From Betaproteobacteria bacterium (GTDB taxonomy: Bacteria; Pseudomonadota; Gammaproteobacteria; Burkholderiales; JACQAP01): a DNA stretch of 55,746 nt. This document shows, in pieces, positions 39,951-49,808 of this stretch. The notes beneath the pieces are model-generated. The model was not told where the DNA came from, did no database searches, and saw only the letters and a list, made by a program, of their open reading frames with translations. Where the stretch lies: contig JANOGP010000356.1 of assembly GCA_031406075.1 (NCBI GenBank), positions 1 through 55,746 of the forward strand, read 5' to 3'. Position 1 is the first letter of the stretch, and the number at the start of each line of letters is the position of its first letter. The position numbers and the translations under genes are program-made.

Positions 39951-40709
39951 ATGGAAGGCAAGTTCCTGCAGGGCAAGGTCGCGGTGATAACCGGTGCGAG
40001 CCGCGGGCTAGGGCGGGCGATGGCGTTGGCGCTCGGTGAGTCCGGAGCGAAGCTGGCGTTGGTCGGGCGCGACAAGAACAAGCTCGGCGAGACGCAGAAG
40101 CTGGCGAAAGAGAAGGGCGCGGAAAGCGAAATCTTCATCACCGACGTGCGCGATGAAGCGCAGGTCGCCAAACTCGGGCAGGACGTGGTTGTGCGATTCG
40201 GCGGAACGCACGTCCTCATCAACAACGCCGGCACCGCGGTGCGCAAGACCGTCGCCGACTTCACATTGGACGAGTGGAAGCTGGTGCTGGATACCAATCT
40301 CACCGGCGCGTTCATGGTATCGCGCGCGTTTATTCCGCACATGAAAGCGGCCAAATGGGGCCGCATCATCAATATCACCTCGATCATGGCGCATGTCGGC
40401 AGTGCCGGCCGCGGCGCGTATTGCGCGTCCAAGGCCGGGCTGCTCTGTCTCACCAAGTGCATGGCGCTGGAATTGGTAAATGACGGTATCACCGTGGTGG
40501 CGATCAGCCCTGGCTTCTATGCAACGGACCTGACCGCACCGCTGCGCGCCGACGCGCAAAAGAATGCGGCTCTGATGGCGCAGACCCCGATGGCGCGCTG
40601 GGGGAAGCCGGAGGAGATCGGCGGGCTGGCACGCTACATATGCAGCGACGGAGCGTCGTTCATGACCGGCACCGACATCCTTATGGACGGCGGCTGGACC
40701 GCGCAGTAA
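39951..40709 (+). CDS. Short-chain dehydrogenase/reductase
   Basis: TGASRGLG, NNAG, YCASK, DGGWTAQ. Confidence 0.93.
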   Translation: MEGKFLQGKVAVITGASRGLGRAMALALGESGAKLALVGRDKNKLGETQKLAKEKGAESEIFITDVRDEAQVAKLGQDVVVRFGGTHVLINNAGTAVRKTVADFTLDEWKLVLDTNLTGAFMVSRAFIPHMKAAKWGRIINITSIMAHVGSAGRGAYCASKAGLLCLTKCMALELVNDGITVVAISPGFYATDLTAPLRADAQKNAALMAQTPMARWGKPEEIGGLARYICSDGASFMTGTDILMDGGWTAQ

Positions 40710-40711
40710 GG

Positions 40712-40889
40712 CCGTGACGGCGTGACGATCGTGACGAAGTAAGGTCACTTACGCTGACGATTCTTGTCCATAGTCGACGCCCGAAAGCGGGTGCGGCAGC
40801 GCAACCACAATGCATGAGTAAGGCTAGTCATTCGCGCTTTATGTTTGACGTTCCTCGTCACGCCGTCACGTCGTCACGCCGTCACGTCA
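40712..40889. repeat. Family C fold-back element (CGTGACG arms)
   Basis: CCGTGACGGCGTGACGATCGTGACGA ... TCGTCACGCCGTCACGTCGTCACGCCGTCACGTCA. Confidence 0.85.
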
Positions 40890-40918
40890 TTTCCGTTCTC
40901 CGGGGAGAACGGAAATGA
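40887..40918 (+). promoter_or_regulatory. Perfect 14-bp hairpin covering the dadA RBS and start codon
   Basis: TCATTTCCGTTCTC-CGGG-GAGAACGGAAATGA. Confidence 0.6.
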
Positions 40919-42165
40919 AGATTCTGGTTTTCGGAGCCGGAGTCATCGGCGTGACCAGCGCATGGTATCTGGCAAAGGCCGGGCACGAGGTCACGGTGAT
41001 CGATCGGCAGCCGGCCGCTGGAATGGAAACCAGTTTCGCCAACGGCGGACAGATCTCGGTGAGCCATGCCGAACCCTGGGCCAATCCTGGCGCGCCGCTG
41101 AAGATCCTCAAATGGCTCGGTCGCGAGGATGCGCCCCTGCTGTTCCGGCTCCGCGCGGACCTGCGCCAATGGTCCTGGGGGCTGCGATTCCTGCTCGAAT
41201 GTCTGCCCGGCCGTACCCGGAGCAACACCCTGACCATTCTGCGGCTGGCGCTGTATAGCCGCACCGTTCTGCAGCAATTGCGCCGTGATACCGGCATTGC
41301 CTACGATCACCTCGAGAACGGAATTCTCCATCTGCACACTGACGAGGCCGAGTTCGCGCATGCGCACGCGCGGGTGGAACTCATGCGCGAGTGCGGTTGC
41401 GCGATGGAGCTCAAGAGTGCACAGGAATGCATTGCCATCGAGCCGGCCCTGAGGGCAACGCGCGTACGCATCGTCGGCGCGACCTATTCGCCCGATGACG
41501 AATCTGGCGACGCATTTCAATTCACCCAGAACCTCGCCGCGCTATGCCGCGGCCTAGGCGTGGCTTTCCGCTTCGAGACTTCGGTTGAGGCGATCACGAC
41601 CGAGGGTGAAGCGATCACCGGCGCGGTCCTGCGTAATGCGCGCGGCAGCTGCGAGGTGGTGAACGCGGACGCCTGTGTAGTTGCGCTGGGCAGCTACAGT
41701 CCCTTTCTGCTCGCTTCCGTGGGTGTACGCGTGCCGGTATATCCGGTGAAAGGCTATTCGGTCACAGTTCCTCTGGCGCATGCCGAAGCCGCGCCGACCG
41801 TGTGCATGACCGACGAGAACGCCAAGATCGCTGTGACGAGGCTGGGCAACCGCCTGAGATCGGCGGGTACCGCGGAGTTGACCGGATACGACACATCGCT
41901 CAACGAGGCGCGCTGCCGGGCGATCATCGAACGTGTCGAGGAACTCTTCCCCGGGGCCGGCGATTTTGCCAATGCGACTCGATGGGCAGGCCTGCGGCCG
42001 GCCACGCCCAGCAACGTGCCTTTGATCGGGCGCACTCGCTATCGCAACCTTTTCCTCAATACCGGTCACGGCACGCTCGGCTGGACCCTCGCGTGCGGGT
42101 CCGGCAAGGCCCTCGCCGACCTTATCGGCGGGCGCCAGGCCGAAGTCGAGTTTCCTTTTCTCTGA
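40915..42165 (+). CDS. dadA: D-amino acid dehydrogenase
   Basis: GAGVIG, ETSFANGGQIS, YPVKGYS, WAGLRPATP, NTGHGTLGWT. Confidence 0.9.
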   Translation: MKILVFGAGVIGVTSAWYLAKAGHEVTVIDRQPAAGMETSFANGGQISVSHAEPWANPGAPLKILKWLGREDAPLLFRLRADLRQWSWGLRFLLECLPGRTRSNTLTILRLALYSRTVLQQLRRDTGIAYDHLENGILHLHTDEAEFAHAHARVELMRECGCAMELKSAQECIAIEPALRATRVRIVGATYSPDDESGDAFQFTQNLAALCRGLGVAFRFETSVEAITTEGEAITGAVLRNARGSCEVVNADACVVALGSYSPFLLASVGVRVPVYPVKGYSVTVPLAHAEAAPTVCMTDENAKIAVTRLGNRLRSAGTAELTGYDTSLNEARCRAIIERVEELFPGAGDFANATRWAGLRPATPSNVPLIGRTRYRNLFLNTGHGTLGWTLACGSGKALADLIGGRQAEVEFPFL

Positions 42166-42175
42166 GATTTACCCC

Positions 42176-42371
42176 TTCACCGCAAAGACGCAAAGGCGCA
42201 AAGGAAACGCAGAGAAAACCAAACGAAACGTGTCAAAAAGCGGGGGATTCCGATTTGCCCCAGCCAGTCGATATATCGCGGTGCCGCGACTATCCACCTC
42301 TTTGCTTTTTAACCTCAAGTTGTTTTGCTTTTCTTTGCGTTTCCTTTGCGCCTTTGCGTCTTTGCGGTGAA
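42176..42371. repeat. Family B fold-back element
   Basis: 43-bp inverted arms with one mismatch: TTCACCGCAAAGACGCAAAGGCGCAAAGGAAACGCA(G/A)AGAAAA. Confidence 0.93.
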
Positions 42372-42520
42372 AAGGTTCGTTTTGAGACCCGGATAAGGCG
42401 TTGACGGCTGCGTCGTATCCGCCTGAGAATAGCGCCTTCCGGTTTGCACCCGTTGCCCGCAAATACGCCCGTGCGTGGCGCCTGGACTCACTGTCATTAC
42501 ATTCCCTGGAAAACCGAATC

Positions 42521-43807
42521 ATGGCTATTTTTCTGAAAACCGGCATTTCCGCCGAGCAGGACGCCGCGGACATTGCCAAGGTGCGCAAGACCGTCGAGGA
42601 CATCCTCGCCGACATCGAGAAGCGCGGCGACGCAGCCGTGCGCGACCTGTCGCAGAAATTCGACAACTGGTCGCCGGAAGACTTCCGCATGAGCACGGGC
42701 GAGATCGAGGACTGCGTGCGCCAGCTCCCGAAGCAGGTGATCGAAGACATCAAGTTCGCGCAGGGGCAGATCCGCAATTTCGCGCAGATCCAGCGCGACG
42801 CGCTGCGCGACGTGGAAGTGGAAACCTTGCCCGGCGTGATCCTCGGCCACAGGAACATCCCGGTGGGGAGCGTCGGCTGCTACGTTCCCGGCGGCAAGTA
42901 TCCGCTGGTGGCTTCCGCGCACATGAGCATCGTCACCGCGCGCGTGGCCGGGGTGAAGCGCATCATCGCCTGCGCACCGCCGTACCAGGGCAAGCCGCAT
43001 CCGGCGATCGTTGCGGCGATGAGTCTTGCCGGCGCCGACGAGATCTACACCATTGGCGGCGTGCAGGCGATCGGCGCCATGGCGCTCGGCACCGCCACGA
43101 TCAGGCCGACCGACATGATCGCCGGCCCGGGCAACGCCTTCGTGGCGGAAGCCAAGCGCCAGCTTTCGGGGCGGGTCGGGATCGACCTGTTTGCAGGCCC
43201 CACCGAAACCCTGATCATTGCCGACGAATCCTGCGACGCGGAGATGTGCGCGACTGATCTCCTGGGCCAGGCCGAGCACGGTCCGAATTCGCCGGCGATC
43301 CTGCTCACCAACTCGCGCCGGCTCGCCGAGGAAACGATGAAGGAAGTCGAGCGCCAGCTGCAGACGCTCTCGACCGCGGCGATCGCCGGCCAGGCGTGGC
43401 GGGATTACGGGCAGGTGATCGTATGCAAGGATTACGCCGAAATGGCGAAGGAGGCCGACCGCATCGCTTCCGAACACGTGCAGGTCATGACCAGGGAGCC
43501 GGATTATTTCCTGAAGAACATGAGCAACTACGGTGCGCTGTTCCTTGGACCTGAAACCAACGTCGCCTACGGCGACAAGGTGATCGGCACCAACCACACG
43601 CTGCCCACCCGCAAAGCGGCGCGCTATACCGGCGGTTTATGGGTCGGCAAGTTCATCAAGACCTGCACCTACCAGAAGGTGAAGCCCGAGTCATCGGCGA
43701 TGATAGGCGAATACTGCTCGCGCCTGTGCGCGGTCGAAGGTTTCGCCGGCCACAAGGCGCAGGCGGACCTGCGCGTCAAGCGCTACGGCAAGCGCCGCGC
43801 TGCTTGA
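42521..43807 (+). CDS. Histidinol dehydrogenase-family oxidoreductase (non-canonical, HpsN-like features)
   Basis: [43 protein letters not shown]. Confidence 0.88.
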   Translation: MAIFLKTGISAEQDAADIAKVRKTVEDILADIEKRGDAAVRDLSQKFDNWSPEDFRMSTGEIEDCVRQLPKQVIEDIKFAQGQIRNFAQIQRDALRDVEVETLPGVILGHRNIPVGSVGCYVPGGKYPLVASAHMSIVTARVAGVKRIIACAPPYQGKPHPAIVAAMSLAGADEIYTIGGVQAIGAMALGTATIRPTDMIAGPGNAFVAEAKRQLSGRVGIDLFAGPTETLIIADESCDAEMCATDLLGQAEHGPNSPAILLTNSRRLAEETMKEVERQLQTLSTAAIAGQAWRDYGQVIVCKDYAEMAKEADRIASEHVQVMTREPDYFLKNMSNYGALFLGPETNVAYGDKVIGTNHTLPTRKAARYTGGLWVGKFIKTCTYQKVKPESSAMIGEYCSRLCAVEGFAGHKAQADLRVKRYGKRRAA

Positions 43808-43817
43808 AACGGTATTT

Positions 43818-43910
43818 GCCACAGAGGTCACAGAGATCACAGAGAAAAACAAATGGATCTTTTGCCCTCCGTGATGCCGACATTCTAATTTTTCTGTTTT
43901 TCTCCCTGTA
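43818..43910. repeat. Family A left arm with truncated right arm
   Basis: GCCACAGAG-GTCACAGAG-ATCACAGAG, 10 nt after a stop; pyrimidine tract TTTTTCTCCCTGT then breaks off. Confidence 0.8.
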
Positions 43911-44046
43911 GAAACGCGACGGGCAGAACCTTTTGGTTCTGCATTCGAACGCCCCAGCACCTGCCAGTCCGGCTTTTTCTACATTTGTAGCCAATCCGTA
44001 GCCTCCTTCTCGCTAGCCTGATTGCACGCCAGCGGGAGGTGGGTGA

Positions 44047-44244
44047 ATGGAAGAATTGGGCGTCTACGTGGTCCGGGTGTACCGGCGGGATGCTGCCGGT
44101 ATGGCTGGAATTGTGGAGTCCGTGGTGAGCGGCGAGCAATTGCCGTTTCACACAACCGAAGAATTGTGGCGCGCCCTCCATGACCTGCCTTCTCCCCGGC
44201 GTAATTTCCTGGACAGTAAACCAAACAAGGAGGGCAAGACATGA
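44047..44244 (+). CDS. Small hypothetical protein
   Basis: 65 aa, GGAGG upstream, ATGA-coupled to the next gene; YVVRVYRR...GIVE...PFHTTEELW. Confidence 0.6.
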   Translation: MEELGVYVVRVYRRDAAGMAGIVESVVSGEQLPFHTTEELWRALHDLPSPRRNFLDSKPNKEGKT

Positions 44245-44744
44245 TTCGCATTTTCATCACGGTTTTGGCAGGGTGGGCATTGCTGGTGGCAGACGGCGCG
44301 ATTGCGGGCAAGGTGAACATACCCAAGGAGGGCAACTACGCCTTCGACTTCTGCCCGATCGGTCAGGCCAAGACTTTCGCCAACGGAGACAAGCTCTTCC
44401 ACATGCAGTATGACCTCAACGCCCTGTTACGGGCAAACACGGCCGGCGGTGCGTTCGACCGTATGGGCGCGCGCTGTCTTGGGCTCTTCACCAACATCAA
44501 CGGCAAGATGGCCGAGACCGGCATGTGCGAGCTCACCGATCTGGACGGCGACAAGTGGTGGATGGACTACCGCGGCAACCCGGAAGGTACTGGCGGCACC
44601 TACAACTCGGCAGGCGGGACGGGCAAGTACGACGGCATGGTGCTGAAAGGCGAGTATCGCATCGACAACAACTGGGGCAGCCCGTCAAAAGAAGTAGCGT
44701 TCCTGGGTTGCAACCCGAACAAGGGAACCTACAAACTGAAGTGA
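44241..44744 (+). CDS. Secreted beta-rich hypothetical protein
   Basis: AAGGAGG RBS, signal peptide, four Cys, DLDGDK and GGTGKYDG motifs. Confidence 0.8.
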   Translation: MIRIFITVLAGWALLVADGAIAGKVNIPKEGNYAFDFCPIGQAKTFANGDKLFHMQYDLNALLRANTAGGAFDRMGARCLGLFTNINGKMAETGMCELTDLDGDKWWMDYRGNPEGTGGTYNSAGGTGKYDGMVLKGEYRIDNNWGSPSKEVAFLGCNPNKGTYKLK

Positions 44745-44862
44745 TGCCAAGGCCGACACGGTGTGCGGACTTGAGCCTCGCACCGTGCTTGCGCATACTC
44801 CCTGGAAGCCGGCCGATTTGCGTGCCGGCCCGTGCGTCCGTGGGCCGGAAGGGGACTCCAGG

Positions 44863-47800
44863 ATGAGCAGGAAAACATCACTTGCAAAGATCAGCCGGCC
44901 ACGCCTGTTCGGCGTGGTGCCGCGGGAGCGGTTGTTTGCGATGCTGGACGACAATCGTGGCCGGCCGCTGGTCTGGATTTCCGGTCCACCCGGCGCCGGA
45001 AAGACCGCGCTGGTGGCGAGTTATCTCGAAAACCGGGGATTGCCTGCCGTCTGGTATCAGATCGATGCGGGGGATGCCGATCCGGCTTCCCTGTTCCATT
45101 ATCTTGCGCTTGCCGCCGAGGGTCTCGGTGCAACGGGTTCCACTTCGCTTCCGCGATTCGTTCCCGAGCATTTGTCTGACCTGCCGAGCTTCGCCCGCCT
45201 CTTCTTTCGAGCGTTCTTTGCCCAGCTACCCGAGCGGATAATATTGGTGCTCGACAACTACCAGGAAGCGCCGGAGGACGCCTTGTTGCACGAGACCCTG
45301 CGCCAGGCCGTTGTGGAGGTGCCGCCCGAGAGTTCAGTCATTGCCATCAGCCGGGTGGAAGCGCCCCGGAATTTCGTGCAACTCGCGGCACAGGGTGCGA
45401 TGACCGAGCTGGGATGGGACAAGCTGCAGCTCACCCTTGAGGAAGTGCGTGCCATCGCGGCAAAACGAAGCGTTACCGACGACTGGTTGCTCAAGGCGCT
45501 GCATCAGCAGTCCCAGGGATGGGCGGCCGGGATCACGCTCATGCTGGAGCGGCTCGGACACTTCGACGGCAAATCTCAGGAACTCCCTACGGAAACGCGC
45601 GAATCGGTATTCAACTATTTCGCCAGTCTCATCTTCGATCAGGCCCCTCAAGTAACGCGACATATCCTACTGTCGATTGCATTCCTGCCACAGGTGACAC
45701 CTAACCTCGCGCGAGAGCTAAGTGGCTGTGCAGAAGCACCAACTTTGCTGGAAGATCTTTATCGCCGCAGGATGTTCACCGATCGCAGATCTGGCGCGGA
45801 ACCTGTCTATCAGTTCCATGCCCTGTTTCTTGATTATCTCCGGACACAGGCGAGAAAAATCCACTCGTCACAAGAATTCGCGATGTTGCTGCGTCGCTCC
45901 GCCTCCGCATTGCAGCGCACCGGAGAGATTGACGCCGTGATGGACCTCTGGCTAGAGGCGCGGGACTGGAACCAGGCAATTCAACTGATTCTACGCGAGG
46001 CAAATGGCCTGCTCGGCAGCGGACGGCGTCAGACGTTGGAACGTTGGATACAAACATTGCCGGCGGAGGTCCTCGAGCAAAACCCGTGGATCGTATATTG
46101 GCTCGGCTTGGCACATGTTCAGACCGTACCGGCGCGCGGTATCGAGACTCTGCAGCTGGCTCTCAGTCGATTCCGGGAGTCAGGGGATGACCAGGGCGAG
46201 GTTCTCTGCCTGTCAGCGCTGCTCAACGCCGCGTTCCTTGGATTCGTCGCTCTAGATACCATGGATTGCTGGCTGGATGAACTGCTCGTCAAGGTGGAAC
46301 GGCTTCGAGCCTTTTCATCTCCAGATGTTGGGCTCAGAGTGTGGGGCATCCTCTGCTCGGCCCTATTCTGGATCAGGCCGTGGCATCCTTGGACGGCGGA
46401 TGCGGCGAATCGCGTGGAAGCGCTCCTTGCGTGTGGCGGCGATCGAAACGCTGCACTTGCAGCCGCGGCGAGCGCGCTCGCGACAACTTCCATGGACGGG
46501 GAATTCGATTGTGGGGACCGCATTGCTCTTGCGACCGGGTACCTTGTGGACAGTCCAAGCGCAAGTCCGACCGAGGCCACCTGGTGGTTAGTGCATGCGG
46601 GTTTCTTGCGATTCTTCGAGGCTCGGTACGAAGACGCGCTCGACTTCATGCACCACGCATGTCAAATCGCTGACCGTAACGGCATGCGCAAGACTTTCGT
46701 GATGTGCATCTTTCACCGCTGCGCGATCGAGTTCCGCGTCTCAGGTTGGACGGTCGCGAATGCCACTCTAACCGAGATGGAAGCGATGCCCGGCGCCCGG
46801 TACCCGATGGCTCAGGCGATGCTAAGTCTCCTGCAGGCACGGCGCGCTCAGTTTCGGGGGCGTCGCGAAGAAGCGGCCGATCTGGCCGAGCTGACTCACG
46901 CCGCAACGCTCAGGATAGGCTCACGTTACCAGGAAATGTTGTTCGGGTTGCTCGAGGCAGAGCTGCTGTTGGACGCGGGACGCATCGATAAAGCGCGTCC
47001 ATTGATCGCGCGAAGCCGGACGCTGATCGAGCAAACTTCCGTCTTCGATTGCTGGCGGGCAGCGCTGGTGTTTGTGGAGGCATGGCTGGCGTCGGTAGAG
47101 GGGAATTGGAGACTCGTTCTAGAACGGCTGAGGAGTTCGCTCTCGCTGGCGAAGGAAGGCAAACGCAAGCACTACCTGCGCCACTTTGAATGCGCCATGC
47201 CACCGCTGTTCCGGCTCGCGCTCGACCAAGGAATCGAAGTGGATCTGGTGCAGGACATCATCCGGATGTTCCGGCTCAAGGCTCCGAAAGACGCGCCCGA
47301 TCTTTGGCCGTGGCCGGTGCGCATTTTCACGCTGGGCAGATTCGATATCCAAGTGAACGGAGCGTCTCTCGAGTTTTCGCGCAAGGTACCGCGCAAGACT
47401 TTGCTGTTATTGAAAGCAACCGTGGCACTTGGGGGGCGAGACGTGTCGGAGGAGGCACTGTGCGATGCGCTTTGGCGGGATGAAGAGGGCGACGCAGCGC
47501 GCAATGCACTGTCCATCACCGTATTGCGATTACGAAAGCTGCTTGGGTCGAACGAGTCCGTTATTCATCAGGGCGGAAAGGTGTCGCTCAACCCGGAAAT
47601 GTGCTGGGTGGATGCGTGGGTCTTCGAGGCACGACTTATCGAAACAGGATTCGACAGCCAGAAGGTCCTGGCCCTGTACGGCGGCACGTTCCTGCCCGAG
47701 GACGAAGGCGAACCGTGGAGTGTGGCATCACGAGAACGGTTGCGCGGCAAGTTCATCGACGCGCTGTCCAGGTACGGAACGACGCTGGAGTCGGAAGGCG

Positions 47801-48138
47801 ATCTACCGGGGGCGGTTCAATACTATCTGCGCGGAATCGATGCCGACCCGATCGTGGAATCCTTTCACCTGGGACTGATGCGCTGTTACGAGCGGTTGGG
47901 CAAACGCACCGAGGCGCTTAGCGTCTACCGGCGTCTCAAGCACACTTTGTCGGTGGTGCTGGGGGTTCCGCCGTCGGATGCCACGCAAAGGCTGTTTCAG
48001 GACATGCTGCAACGCCAGTCCAAGGAAGGACTGCTCGTCGATCCCAATAGTGAAAATCTCCGGGCGGACCCTGCCGCGCCCTCCGCGTCAGGGATGCCTT
48101 TAGCGATTGTGGCCAAGTTGCCCATCCGCCTGCGCTGA
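44863..48138 (+). CDS. MalT-like STAND ATPase/TPR regulator with C-terminal wHTH-BTAD module
   Basis: GPPGAGKT, LVLDNYQ, YQFHALF; C-terminal IFTLGRF, LW..EEGDAA, RLRKLLG, WVDAWVFE, LMRCY. Confidence 0.87.
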   Translation: MSRKTSLAKISRPRLFGVVPRERLFAMLDDNRGRPLVWISGPPGAGKTALVASYLENRGLPAVWYQIDAGDADPASLFHYLALAAEGLGATGSTSLPRFVPEHLSDLPSFARLFFRAFFAQLPERIILVLDNYQEAPEDALLHETLRQAVVEVPPESSVIAISRVEAPRNFVQLAAQGAMTELGWDKLQLTLEEVRAIAAKRSVTDDWLLKALHQQSQGWAAGITLMLERLGHFDGKSQELPTETRESVFNYFASLIFDQAPQVTRHILLSIAFLPQVTPNLARELSGCAEAPTLLEDLYRRRMFTDRRSGAEPVYQFHALFLDYLRTQARKIHSSQEFAMLLRRSASALQRTGEIDAVMDLWLEARDWNQAIQLILREANGLLGSGRRQTLERWIQTLPAEVLEQNPWIVYWLGLAHVQTVPARGIETLQLALSRFRESGDDQGEVLCLSALLNAAFLGFVALDTMDCWLDELLVKVERLRAFSSPDVGLRVWGILCSALFWIRPWHPWTADAANRVEALLACGGDRNAALAAAASALATTSMDGEFDCGDRIALATGYLVDSPSASPTEATWWLVHAGFLRFFEARYEDALDFMHHACQIADRNGMRKTFVMCIFHRCAIEFRVSGWTVANATLTEMEAMPGARYPMAQAMLSLLQARRAQFRGRREEAADLAELTHAATLRIGSRYQEMLFGLLEAELLLDAGRIDKARPLIARSRTLIEQTSVFDCWRAALVFVEAWLASVEGNWRLVLERLRSSLSLAKEGKRKHYLRHFECAMPPLFRLALDQGIEVDLVQDIIRMFRLKAPKDAPDLWPWPVRIFTLGRFDIQVNGASLEFSRKVPRKTLLLLKATVALGGRDVSEEALCDALWRDEEGDAARNALSITVLRLRKLLGSNESVIHQGGKVSLNPEMCWVDAWVFEARLIETGFDSQKVLALYGGTFLPEDEGEPWSVASRERLRGKFIDALSRYGTTLESEGDLPGAVQYYLRGIDADPIVESFHLGLMRCYERLGKRTEALSVYRRLKHTLSVVLGVPPSDATQRLFQDMLQRQSKEGLLVDPNSENLRADPAAPSASGMPLAIVAKLPIRLR

Positions 48139-48276
48139 CCTCCCACAGAAATCAGGGTACCTGCACCGATTTCCGTGACCAACCACGGATCAAGCCTCTG
48201 ACTGATCCGTCCGCGACAGGTGCGCCAAAGCGGCGCAAGCCCAATCTTGTCGTACGATTTCCACCTTCTGGTTCTT

Positions 48277-48294
48277 CTCCGTGTCTCTGTGGTT
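48277..48294. repeat. Orphan family A right arm
   Basis: CTCCGTGTCTCTGTGGTT preceded by a pyrimidine tract. Confidence 0.55.
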
Positions 48295-48372
48295 CAATAC
48301 GGCCTTATTGATATCACGAGTTCGGTTGCTTGCGCGTGCCCGGAGAAAACTGACTCGTTCTCTTTGGCCTTA

Positions 48373-49706
48373 GCAGTTTGTTGAAAATCGCAGCAATTTG
48401 AGCGCCGACGCTATCCGATGAATGCTTTGAATCGAGCCGAACGATCGCCTCTCGCCTCGCGCAAGCCCGTTTGGCTTGATCGAGAAGCCGTTTTGGGTTC
48501 GATTCCTACGCAACGGACGCACCTTTCCCGTCGATTACCCGGAAGCCTCGAAGAGCTGGGGCAGGCGACGCAGGTTCACCACGGTCATCGCGAGCGTAAA
48601 CATCTGCTGTGCGCGCGGCAGGCCCCGTACCTTCAACTGCTTGAGCCGCCCGTGCTCCTTGGCGTCGCCGAAGATTGTTTCGATCAGCTTGCGAATGACT
48701 TGGCTCACCGCATAACCAGGATGCCGAGTGGTACGCTCATCGATGGCGCTGGTGCGGTTGGTGGTGTTCTGGGCCACATGCGGTGTGACTCCGATGGCTC
48801 GGCAATCCGCAACGAAACCCGCCGTGTCGTAGGCTTTGTCGGCCCCGACGCTCTTGCCGCCTTCGCCGGGCAGATCGCAGAGCATCTCGAGCGCCGCTTC
48901 CCGCTCGGCCGTGCCCGTGGCTTGCGTCAGGCGCTCATCGAGTACCAGACCGTTTCGGTTCTCCATCAGCACATGGCCCATGTAGCACAGGACGGCTTCG
49001 GTGTTCTTGCTCTTGCGAAACAGGCGCGAGTCCGAGTCGGTACGGCTCTCGTGGGTTTCGTTGCTGCGCTTGGTTCCCTTGAAGTTGATCTCGGGGTTGC
49101 TCTTCGATCCCGATGCAGGTGGCGGCGGACCATCCTTGGGCACGAAGCTCTTGAGCGAAGCCCAAGCCCGAACCAGTGTGCTGTCCACGGAGAAGTGTTC
49201 CGAGGACAGCAGCCCCTGCGCCCGTGCTTGCGCAACGACTCCGTCAAACAACAAGCCCGCCGCGTCGTGTTCGATGAGGCGCTCGCGGTTCTTGGAGAAC
49301 GTGGAGTGATCCCAGGGATCGTCATCCATCGACACGCCCACGAACCAGCGAAACAGCAGGTTGTAACCGAGCTGCTCCGCCACCAGGCGCTCGCTGCGAA
49401 TCCCATAGAGCAGCTGCAGCATCAGCGCCCGAAGCAGTTTCTCCGGCGCAATGGACTCGCGCCCGCCCTGGGCATACATCGCCTCGAAGCTCGCGTCCAT
49501 GTCCTTGAGCGCCACGTTGAGGATTTCTCGAATCGGCCGCAGCGGATGATCCACGGGCACAAAGCTATCGAGGCTTCTCACCGTGAACAATGCATCTTGC
49601 ATCACATCGGCTCCGCGCATCGTCATCGCCCTCCTCTATGGACACCGCTATGACAACGCACGAATCGCACAATTCACTTACATCGGGGCGAATTTCAACA
49701 AACTGC
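48373..49706 (-). mobile_element. IS5-family insertion sequence
   Basis: TIRs GCAGTTTGTTGAAA (48373-48386) / TTTCAACAAACTGC (49693-49706), flanked by TA on both sides; encloses one transposase. Confidence 0.92.
48535..49620 (-). CDS. IS5-family DDE transposase
   Basis: MRGAD..Q, VPVDHPLRPIR, SIAPEKLLRA, HFSVDST, GADKAYD, RKLIETIFG. Confidence 0.95.
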   Translation of the reverse strand: MRGADVMQDALFTVRSLDSFVPVDHPLRPIREILNVALKDMDASFEAMYAQGGRESIAPEKLLRALMLQLLYGIRSERLVAEQLGYNLLFRWFVGVSMDDDPWDHSTFSKNRERLIEHDAAGLLFDGVVAQARAQGLLSSEHFSVDSTLVRAWASLKSFVPKDGPPPPASGSKSNPEINFKGTKRSNETHESRTDSDSRLFRKSKNTEAVLCYMGHVLMENRNGLVLDERLTQATGTAEREAALEMLCDLPGEGGKSVGADKAYDTAGFVADCRAIGVTPHVAQNTTNRTSAIDERTTRHPGYAVSQVIRKLIETIFGDAKEHGRLKQLKVRGLPRAQQMFTLAMTVVNLRRLPQLFEASG

Positions 49707-49808
49707 TAAGGCCGGAAAACACCCTTCCCTGGAACGACAATGCCGAAGCGACAGGGGCTTAACGTGGTCCGACCCGTTCAAGTCAAGTTAAAACTCATGA
49801 GCTTCTCC

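Noticed and set aside
48418-49653. 411-aa plus-strand ORF
   Set aside because: Antisense shadow of the IS5 transposase; no recognisable motifs.
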